From the NCBI RefSeq assembly GCF_006345805.1, contig NC_043006.1:87482001-87546000 (forward strand): a stretch of 64,000 nt of DNA. The letters run 5' to 3'. This document shows, in pieces, positions 54,633-64,000 of this stretch. Source of the DNA: Octopus sinensis. Lineage: Eukaryota. How positions within the stretch are numbered: position 1 is the stretch's first letter; each line of letters starts with the position of its first letter. The notes beneath the pieces were generated by a model. It did no database searches, had not been told where the DNA came from, and worked only from the letters and a program-made list of their open reading frames with translations. Position numbers and translations under genes: made by a program.

Positions 54633-54907
54633 TGTGGTGTGGTGATGAAGGAGTGTGACGGGACGGGCGGGAGCGGAAGTGATGCTTACAGGTCTTGCAG
54701 GGTGCATGCGCCGGGGGAAGCGGAAGCGACAGACTCAACGCACGTGCGGCATCGACCGGCTGCGACAGACCCCAGCAAGGCACCGAGACAACAACACGTG
54801 AGCAAGTTGGCTGAAGGCCATCCGACTTCATCCCCTGTCAGGTAAGACCTTATTGCACTTCTGTTTCCTATTTCCTTGTTTCCGTTGTGCTCCTTTCATC
54901 AACCACA
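54633..54907 (+). repeat. 5' LTR
   Basis: 271/275 identical to the 3' LTR. Confidence 0.97.
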
Positions 54908-54951
54908 AGCTATTTCGGCATTTAGTCAGCGTTCACATTTTTTTCAACACG

Positions 54952-55713
54952 ATGTCGGCAAAAATTAGGATCGCCAGTGACGTCGTCAGACCTTTTAACG
55001 GCAAAGGCGATGTAGTGGCCTGGATTCAGAAAATCAGGCTGGTGGCGAGACTGCAGGGCATAAGCGACGTGGCGAGTCTTATGGCCCTGTATTTGGAAGG
55101 AAGTGCGTTGTCGCTCTACCTAGAAATGGACGAAAAAGAACGGCTCTGCGATGGGAATATAGAGCGGCGCTTGTGTGACGCATACACGGAATGCGAGTAC
55201 ACAGCTTTCGCTAAGCTGGGTGCAATCAGGTGGACGGGAGGCCAGGTGGATGATTTTGCAGCAGAAGCTAGAAGGCTAGCGACTCTGGCCGGGTTTGCCG
55301 GAGAAGGACTGGAGAGAGCAGCCCGACTGGCATTCGTAAATGGCTTCCCCGATGACGTAGGGATTCACCTACAACTGCCCGGGGTCAAAAAGATGCCATT
55401 GAGCGAGCTTGTAACTCATGCTCGTGGGTTGACAAGACACTCGGGGCGGAAGGGGATAGCGATGGCGGTGACGGAGGCGCGTAAAGACGGACGACGTCCC
55501 GAGAAAGAGGTACGGAAGCCCACCGTGCAACGAGAGCGGCCGTTCTCAGGACGATGTTTTAAATGCCAGGGACCGCACATGGCGCGGGACTGTACGCAGC
55601 TGGGGCCAGTTTGCTATCGATGCAGGCAGACAGGGCACATTGCCCGTGATTGCGGCCAGGGAAACGACCGCGGGGAAGTTGCTGCCTCTCGAACTTTCCC
55701 CTCAAACGAGTAG
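54952..55713 (+). CDS. gag: Gag with two Zn knuckles
   Basis: ATG at 54952 (MSAKIRI); CFKCQGPHMARDC and CYRCRQTGHIARDC; open to TAG at 55711-55713. Confidence 0.92.
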   Translation: MSAKIRIASDVVRPFNGKGDVVAWIQKIRLVARLQGISDVASLMALYLEGSALSLYLEMDEKERLCDGNIERRLCDAYTECEYTAFAKLGAIRWTGGQVDDFAAEARRLATLAGFAGEGLERAARLAFVNGFPDDVGIHLQLPGVKKMPLSELVTHARGLTRHSGRKGIAMAVTEARKDGRRPEKEVRKPTVQRERPFSGRCFKCQGPHMARDCTQLGPVCYRCRQTGHIARDCGQGNDRGEVAASRTFPSNE

Positions 55714-55719
55714 AGGCGC
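55659..55719 (+). promoter_or_regulatory. -1 programmed ribosomal frameshift signal (G GGA AAC plus predicted H-type pseudoknot)
   Basis: Heptamer at 55659-55665 in the gag frame; 6-nt spacer; stem 1 GGGGAAGTT/AACTTTCCCC; stem 2 GCCTCT/AGAGGC; the -1 frame is open into the protease. Confidence 0.75.
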
Positions 55720-58603
55720 TATTGGAGACACTGCCAGTGATTGACGTGGAGGCCGAGGGGGAGACGTTCAAGGCCCTTGTGATACGGGCTGTACGACCAC
55801 CCTGGTGACTTCGAGGGTGACGAAGGAATGGAACGGGGTGTGTAGTGTCCGGGCGGTCGACGGCAGCGAAATCCGTTGCAGAGGCAGCAGCACGGTAGAG
55901 ATAGTGGTGCGCGGCGCGACGCTAAGGCTACAGGCAATTGTGGCCGAACGCGTGATAAATGGAGTTGATGTGGTGATGGGGATGGACGCCATCAACTGCC
56001 TCGGTGGCGTCAGCGTTGTGGGAAATAAGGTCACGTTCGGAAGCGTGGGGGCGTCGTGCACTGCGAGTCAGGATCACCAGAGGGAGCAGAGCCCTGCGAG
56101 GGACGGCGCCGCTTACACCATCGAGGACAAGGACTTTCAGGCGGCGTTCGATGGTCAGCGGTGGACGATAGAGTGGAAATGGAAGGACGAGCCCCCGACA
56201 CTGGAGAACAGGGTGAGCTGTTACCAGCATACTCTGAAAGGCCACGCCAGGGTTGAGTTTGAAGACGAGGTGGAGAGGTGGATCGAGGAAGGGATCCTTG
56301 TCCCTTGGAAGGAGGAGGTAGCGGGCGGAGTGCTACCCCTGATGGCGGTGGTGCAGCCTACGAAGGGAAAAGTCAGACCGGTGCTGGACTTCAGGGAGTT
56401 AAACCAGCACATATCGTGTCACACGGGAGGTGAGGTGACAGACGTTTGTGGTGAGGCATTACGCAAGTGGAGACAGTCGACTGAGGCAGCGACGATTGTC
56501 GACTTGAGATCGGCATACTTGCAGCTCCATGTGAGCGACAAACTATAGCGATATCAGCTGGTGCGGTACAAGGGCCGGACGTACTGTCTAACCAGGCTGG
56601 GTTTCGGGCTGAATTCTGCTCCGAAGATCATGTCGGCAGTGCTTAGGTCCGTCCTAGGGAAAGACGGCAAGATTAGAAAGGCCACCAGCTCCTACATTGA
56701 CGACATTTTGGTGGATGAAACTGTAGTGGCAGCCGACGAGGTAGTGAGACATCTGGAGAAGTTCGGACTGATTGCTAAGCCGCCGGAGTCGATTGAAGGG
56801 GGAGCCGCGCTGAGGCTGAAGCTGCGAAGAGATAGATCAGGTGAATTGGTGTTCCGGAGAGGAAATGAAATCCCAGAGCTGAGTTCCAGCGTCAGCAGGA
56901 GAGAGCTGTTCTCGGTGTGTGGGAAGTTGGTCGGTCACTACCCGATCGCTGGATGGCTGCGCACGGCGTGTAGTTACACCAAGAGACAAGCAGAAGGAGA
57001 GAGGTGGGGCGACAAGGTGGGAGAAGGGACGGTGGCGATGATGCAGGAGATCCTAGAGAGGACAAGAGCGGAAGACCCGGTCAGGGGAAACTGGTACGTG
57101 CCCAGGACGAAATGCGGGACTGTCTGGTGTGATGCTAGCAGTATAGCGATAGGGGTGGTGTTGGCAATCGAAGGCACTGCGGTGGAGGACGCGTCCTGGC
57201 TTCGGAAAGCAGATGATTTCAACCACATCAATGTCGCCGAACTAGACGCGCTGCTGAAAGGGGTGAACTTGGCCTTGAAATGGGGGCTGCGCACGATTGA
57301 AATGCGGACGGATTCGGCCACTGTGCTTGGCTGGGTAGGATCAGTGATCACCGGTGACAGGAGAGTGCGGACGAAAGGTGACAGGAGAGTGCGGACGAAA
57401 GGTGCTGCGGAGATGTTAGTGAAGCGCCGTCTAGGAGTTCTAGGTGAACTGATCGCCGAATTCGGACTCAAGCTGAACGTGGTCTTCGTGCCTTCGGAGA
57501 AAAACAAGGCGGACGTACTGACCAGGGTGAAAAGGGCGTGGTTGGAAGAACCGGAGGAGGCGCGGAGAGGGATAGCTGCGGCGTGTCGGTTGGATGACTC
57601 CGAGCTGAAGAAATTGCACGCTATGCATCACCTGAGTGTGGACAGGACCCTGTATCTGGCAAAAAAGATTGATGCTGACGTGACCAGGAGAAGCGTCCGG
57701 AAGGTGGTCGGGAGCTGCGACAGGTGTCAGTCCATCGACCCTGCTCCGTGTGGGCACGAACAGGGAAGCCTTTCCGTGGAGCAGAACTGGAAAAGGCTAG
57801 CTGTGGATGTGACACACTACCGTCAGCGAACGTACCTCTCCATGGTCGACTGTGGGCCGGGCCGGCTGGCCATTTGGAGGGAGTTGAGATCGGGCATTGC
57901 TGACGAGATCGTGCAGATCCTGAACGGGATATTTTTAGAGAGAGGTCCCATGGAAGAACTACTGATGGACAACGGGGCGGCATTTCGTTCGGAAGCATTG
58001 AGGGTTATGCTTGATCGGTGGAACGTGCGACGCTTGTTCAGAGCAGCGTATAGGCCGGGCGGTAACGGGATCGTGGAGAGGCACCATCGGACAGTCAAGG
58101 CCATAGCGGAAAGAGGGCACATTTCGCCGCTTGAAGCAGGTTTTTGGTACAACTTGTCTCCCCGATCCGGACAGGCTGAGGAATCGGTGCCACACAGAGC
58201 AATATTCAGGTACGAGTGGAGGCATCCGTGTACTAAATCAATGCAACCCGGGGCAGAGGAAGAGCACGCCTTCGTGTGGGTCGGGGAGGAAGTCTGGGTA
58301 AAACCCCCAAACGCACGGTGTACATCGCAATGGGGAAAGGGGACAATAACCTCCGTAAGTTCGAAGAATAACATCTCCATCGATGGTATGCCACGCCACG
58401 TTTTGAACATACGGAGGATTGTCCATGCCCCAGAGGATGGGACAAGCAACAGTGGGCAGGACGAAAACAACCGACAGGATGACGAGGTCGACAGCAACAC
58501 ACCAGAAACAAGTCCTAGGGTCGCGCTGCGACCACAGAGGGAGCGGCACCCTCCTCCCTGGCTGGCTGATTATGAAACCAGTTTTGGGTGCGGGAGCGAG
58601 TGA
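55665..58603 (+). pseudogene. pol: Pol (protease, RT, RNase H, integrase) with a 1-bp deletion near 55780 and an in-frame TAG at 56546-56548
   Basis: ALV(fs)DTGC; LDFRELN, DLRSAY, FGLNSAP, YIDD; CDAS, AELDA, TDSA, NKAD; HHCC finger, D-D35E (AVD, MDNG, VERHH) and an SH3-like C-terminal domain. Confidence 0.93.
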
Positions 58604-58639
58604 GGAAGCCGGTTCAGTGATTTATAGATCAGGGGGGCG

Positions 58640-58914
58640 TGTGGTGTGGTGATGAAGGAGTGTGACGGGACGGGCGGGAGCGGAAGTGATGCTTACAGGT
58701 CTTGCAGGGCGCATGCGCCGGGGGAAGCGGAAACGACAGACTCAACGCACGTGCGGCATCGACCGGCTGCGACAGACCCCAGCAAGGCACCGAGACGACA
58801 ACACGCGAGCAAGTTGGCTGAAGGCCATCCGACTTCATCCCCTGTCAGGTAAGACCTTATTGCACTTCTGTTTCCTATTTCCTTGTTTCCGTTGTGCTCC
58901 TTTCATCAACCACA
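58640..58914 (+). repeat. 3' LTR
   Basis: Immediately follows the PPT and is followed by the TSD. Confidence 0.97.
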
Positions 58915-60594
58915 TTGGGAAATACTATTATTAAGCTCTTGGCTGTTTTAGTGTAAATATTCAGATTAAATGAAGGATTAAACAAGAGTACTTTTCTAAT
59001 TCTTTTGGTTTAGGTGTGGATTGAGGGAACTCCAGGTACAGTACTTTATCCCTAAAGTCATTTTTTGCCTGTTATAATGAGGAAGCCCTGTTTTAGGTTT
59101 TGCTGGCCACTGATAGAGTGAAGATTATTTTATTGATACCTGTGATTAGGTTTCAAATTACACATGGGGGTGTTATAAATTTTCCTTATTGAGCTTTGTG
59201 TAGAACTTGCCTGTTTCTAGATCTAGTGTTATGTTCAGGAAGTCAACCATTCTTAAAATGGTGTAACAGTTTTAATCAAGTTGAATTCTTGGAAACATTT
59301 ATGAGATTTTTTCTCTGGACTTATCTGTGGTATGGTCATTCATATGATGAGATATTACCAAGCCAAAATGTGAAGGAGTAAACATTTTTAGAGTAGCCAG
59401 TTTTAATATTGTCACAAGGCCAGTAACTTTATCTTCATCATAGCTCTCCATGGGCACATTAGATAGAAATCCTCATAAAACAGGAATGACTTCTGATCAT
59501 TCATAATGATATCAGGAATGCCAATTCTGATAAATTGTCTACCAAAGTCTAGGTCTTTCTTGAGGAAGAATTTTGATACTGAAGGGTATCAAACTAGGCA
59601 TATCAAACAAGGTGAATTTGCATTCTGCTTAGTTCCTGATGTAGCAAAATCAGTTTATTAGAATGGTGCTTCAATCTCATTGCATCATCTGTAGTTTTAC
59701 CAATAACAAAGTTGTTGGCATCAAGAATCTACTTATTTACAGTGCTTATCTCACTCTTGAGCAAGTTCATTAACCTGTATTTAGGATTGGAAAGGAAGTT
59801 GGGTTACCTTAAGAAGCATTTATACATTATGCACATATATGGATACATACACAACACATATTTATATACAGAAATATATATTATAAGCATATATAAATAT
59901 ATACACACATAAATATGCGTGTGCATACACACACACACACATAGTACTAATAAGCATAGAAAACATAGTTGATAGTTTAGCTTTCTAAAGAATACATGTT
60001 TCTATAAAAACACAGTCATTATTATGCAAAGTAATTAGCTACATTAGCAGTTAAAAATACAAAGCTTGATGGGATGCTTATGCTAATATATATTCCAGTT
60101 ATGCAAATTACATTCAACATCATTGGTACAGCAGAACGAATACTGAGAGGATGCTGTTGACAGAAGATAAATAGAAGATAAATAGGCGTACAGTGGAGGC
60201 CATACCCACTGCATACATATTCAGGTAGGCACACAAATACACACTCAATCACACATGCATGTACACAATAGAATTAAAAGGAAGGAAGAAGAGATAACCT
60301 CCCAGGAGTTGTAGACTCAGTGATAACAGTAACAACAATTCTAATAGCAATAATAGCAGCTACTGTACAAACAGTCAGTGGCACATATCAGAAAGTGAAC
60401 GGAGACAATAGGTTGATGTCTCAGACAGTTTAATGGCATCAGTTTAGAAAGTCTTCCTCTTAGACAGTCAAGGCCTGGGGTAGTAAGTTTGCAAATATGT
60501 TGTAAACTGCATCTCCCTACATGTCCATACTCATGTGTCAACAAATGTTCACATGTACAAACATACATACATATAAAATCATCTACACATATGT

Positions 60595-60635
<41 letters not shown>

Positions 60636-61189
60636 TGTCTGTCTGTCTGTTTGTTTGTGTGTGTAGACATACACCCGTACAAAAATATTCACCGTATTAA
60701 CATATCATATTGTGATGAAACATCTCCTGTTGTATTCATTTATCTGCACACACTTGCCACTTATGCTCTGTATGAGCATAATTGTTATTTCTTTTCTCAT
60801 ATGTAATGATATATAATCCAAGTTTTTAAAATTTTCTTTTATACAGGTCAATGAATCTCTGCAACTTTTTAGGCATACTACATTCATGTTGTATGATAAT
60901 ACATAGTATTTCACAGAAAGATTGAGTATTACATGTACCCAATATCATTGCTTATATATATATATATATATATTATCAATCAATGTTTGGTCTGGTTAGT
61001 TATCCATTCCATGTACAACATTGTTCATAACAATATTCCACAAAATGTTTTTGATACAAGCAAACAAAAGTATATACTCAAATATATACCTCAGCTTGCC
61101 ATATATCAACATATAGATGAGGAAGGGTTAGTATAGAGATATAGCTACAAGACTGTTCATGTAGAGTGTGTTACTAACCAGTACCAAGT

Positions 61190-61930
61190 GCCGTTATCCC
61201 AAAAGGATAATATAGTTCTTGCTGAATATAAATACTGGACAGTTATGTTACAGTCAAGGAGTTAAGGTGGTTTTCAACTTAATAATTTTAGTATGTTTGA
61301 CTTGTTTGGTGTTACATTTATTGAGAAGATGTCTATTGTTGGCAAATATTGTCTCCAACCTATCTTTAGAAAATAGTTCATATGGACGCCATCCTGCACC
61401 CTGGTACAGCAAGACACATCCTACCACTGGCCATTTCAATTTATAGTTGATCTTATCAGTTAAATAACAAATATATTTTGTGAGATTGGGAACCTAAGTC
61501 TAAGGCTGGAGAGACAGTGCTTATGCATAAATGTGTTACTTCAGGGGCTGACCATAGTACCTATGTAATATTTGCTACTGTTCTGTGTAACCACCTCACA
61601 TTTATAGACAATGTTTGTATGTATGCAGTGCCTCCCTAGAGGGCAGTCAGCAGGATTTCTGAAGTTACATCTCAGAGATGGCCAATCTAAGGTGTTGATA
61701 GGTCTTTTTGTCACCCTATGTGTTGTAGAGATTGGTGGGATGCTAGTCCAGTTGGTGTAATCTTGAGCATCTGGCACTCTGCTTGTGTTAGTGATATTCC
61801 TGATACATCTCCCATTCTTTTCGTACTTCCTGCAGTTGTGTGTCCCATTGGAGTATGCACTCTAGTGAGTGTAGTTATTGTTGAGGTTTACTTTTGGAGT
61901 CTCCCTAGAGTCACCCACATCAGCGCTAGT
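61190..61930 (-). mobile_element. Penelope-like element 3' fragment (GIY-YIG endonuclease)
   Basis: CNFRNPADCPLGRHCIHTNIVYKCEV...KYYIG and ELFSKDRLETIF...LLNK. Confidence 0.8.
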
Positions 61931-63289
61931 GTGATCTGGCTTTTATACTACTGATCCTAGAAGGTTAGTAACAGAAGAATTTGAACTCAGAACTTATGGA
62001 AACCTCTCCAGTTAATTTTTTCCTAGTCCTTCACGCATAAACAGAATAATAACCAGACATCATCATTGAAGATTTCATTGAAGATTGCACACAAATTTCA
62101 AAGATTGTATGATGGTGACATTTGTCTACAATTAGCATGTGCTTTCACAAGATATAAACACACACATACATACACACATAAACATCTGTATACACAGCAG
62201 GTTTCTTTTACTCTTTGTCTACCAAATCTACTCACAAGTCCTTGCTAAACCTGAGGTTATAGAAATACTTGCCTGTACAACAGGACTGAACACAAAATTA
62301 CATGGCTATGAATCAAATTCCTCAACTACACAGCCATGCCTGCACCTATATATAAATTAATATTCGTGTGTGTATGTTTTCCCTACCTGCTTGGGATTCT
62401 CTTTATCAAAACATTTAACACTCACTATTCTTCATTTCTACTCCAAGGACTGCAGATCTGATTTTGCCAATACCCAATGCAACTCAAGCATTGTCTAATG
62501 AAGATAAAAGTGTGAAAATTAAAGCCAACATTATTAATTACCCATTTGATTTCTGAGAGTGTTTAGTAAGGATAAAGGAAACACATGGTTCTGAATTCCA
62601 TTCTTTCAATTCTAAGGCATCTCCCTTAAGAGTAGTTGTTCCTAAGAAGAAAGCCTGTCAGATATAATCACCTAAAGATCAGGTGCTTCATATTATACAT
62701 CTTACTGCTCAATACACTTTTACAGATTAAGTCTACTAAGCTGTATTCATATTCATGTTAGTGTTAAAGTGATTATAATTTTTTGGATAATTAGCCTTGT
62801 CTTTGGAGATTAAACATTTTCTTAATGTTTACATCAATTTTATACTTTGATCGGTTTGACCTATAAATGCAATCAAATGATTTACTCCTGTATATATGTA
62901 CTTTAATGCTAGTAATGTCAGCATTCATTGTTACTGAAGCATTAATGTACAACATACATAGCCAGGAAAATGACACATGATTGATTATCAGGGAACAAAC
63001 TAATCAAAATTGAATGAAAATTTAAAAGCACAGAAAATATTTTATCTGTGATGAAATTAATATAGATTAAAAGTTATAATCTTATACTTCATCTCAGACA
63101 TGAAGACAGTTTAGTTGCGGGTGCTGATTACCATCAACTTATACTAAAATAAACAAAACTTTGATCAAAGATATTCCAGCTTTGGCCATCCTGTCTTGTT
63201 TGCTTATATATATCTAGGCCTATACTGGTCCAATTTGTCCCTCATATTTTAAGATGATAGAGTAAGATTTGAGGGAATTTAGCAGCCCC

Positions 63290-63640
63290 TTTTAGCAAGT
63301 TGAAGCTAATATCATATTAATGTAAGGAATGGATGGAATAACTGATATAAATGAGTTAACAAGCTCTCCACATCCAATAATACAAGAGAATCTGAGAGTA
63401 TATTTACAGCTCTTGATGTTTGTGAGTCTCAATCCAGTTTTGTATTATGCATAAAGTATTCTAAGCCTTCTCAGATTTTACTGTCTGGTATTTAATTCCA
63501 ATTTGGTGGTTGGGAGTAGTTTGAGATAAATTTTCTTTCTCAATTTCTACAATTTCAAGTTACACAATTTCAAGTAATGCTCATGTAAGGGATCAGTAGG
63601 GTGATCTGAGCCCAAATATTGCTTGCAGTAAATTTGAACA
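63290..63640 (-). mobile_element. Degenerate RTE-like LINE fragment
   Basis: Weak resemblance to the RTE LLYG.E.W region. Confidence 0.3.
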
Positions 63641-63657
63641 GAAGGCATTGTAGCTTA

Positions 63658-64000
63658 CATCATCATCGTTTAGCATCCGCTTTCCATGCTAGCATGGGTT
63701 GGACGGTTCAACTGGGGTCTGGGAAGCCAGAAGGCTGCACCAGGCCCAGTCTGATCTGGCAATGTTTCTATGGCTGGATGCCCTTCCTTAATGCCAACCA
63801 CTCCATGAGTGTAGTGAGTGCTTTTTACATGCCACCAGCACAGGTGCCAGACGAGTCTGGCAAACGGCTACGATCGGATGGTGCTTTTTATGTGCCACCA
63901 GCACGGGAGCCAGGCGAGGCTGGCAATGGCCATGAATGGATGGTGCTTTTTACATGCCACTGGCACGAGGCCAGTCGGGGAGGCACTGGCAATGGCCACG
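63658..64000 (-). mobile_element. (GAT)n-tailed RTE-type 3' end with subrepeats, running off the window
   Basis: Near-identical to 4661-4992. Confidence 0.85.

Larger units (their letters stand above)
54633..58914 (+). mobile_element. Complete LTR retrotransposon (gag-PR-RT-RH-IN order, Ty3/Gypsy-like), 4,282 bp
   Basis: 275-bp LTRs with TGTGGT...ACCACA ends; TSD TTGGG at 54628-54632 and 58915-58919; PPT AGGGGGGCG at 58631-58639. Confidence 0.97.
54188..59710 (-). mobile_element. Old Penelope-like element split by the LTR element (GIY-YIG part 54188-54632; RT part 58920-59710)
   Basis: Right part: PMESYDE, MVDFLNITLDLETGKFY. Left part: FKGKFTQHMPSFKY, CNMTWGILDRA, NLCEKLHIL. Confidence 0.7.

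Noticed and set aside
54908-54921. Tf1-style self-priming between the post-LTR sequence and GCCGGGGGAAGC in the LTR
   Set aside because: Needs several G:U pairs and a mismatch; not convincing.
55559-58549. Multiple antisense or alternative-frame ORFs within the LTR element
   Set aside because: Expected shadows of GC-rich pol; no recognisable motifs.

Overview
AT-rich eukaryotic DNA that is almost entirely repeats. The SINE families, RTE-type (GAT)n-tailed repeats and very large (TA)n fields resemble an octopus/coleoid cephalopod genome; this is recognition from memory, not a database result. I can support no intact host protein-coding gene, and most ORFs in the track are microsatellite artefacts. 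The best-supported feature is a young, complete 4,282-bp LTR retrotransposon (54633-58914). It has 275-bp LTRs differing at 4 sites, a TTGGG target-site duplication (TSD), an intact gag with two Zn knuckles, a GGGAAAC slippery site followed by a predicted pseudoknot, and pol disabled by one frameshift and one stop. Its RNase H motifs are atypical and it lacks a canonical tRNA primer-binding site. It is inserted in an older Penelope-like element. Other elements are fragments of Tx1/L1, R4/Dong, RTE and CR1/L2 LINEs, relics of Tc1 (DD34E), maT-like and mariner transposons, a piggyBac-type MITE and many SINEs, several with clear TSDs. The most interesting unexplained signals are: (i) three candidate 23-nt alternative terminal exons on the + strand, two of them inside an old tandem duplication with a hairpin at its junction; (ii) minimal hammerhead-ribozyme motifs in Penelope-type pLTR remnants embedded in (TA)n; (iii) stacked R4/Dong insertions in (AAT)n; (iv) an inverted templated insertion with a 26-bp duplication, plus several long palindromes. 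Boundaries of old relics are approximate.
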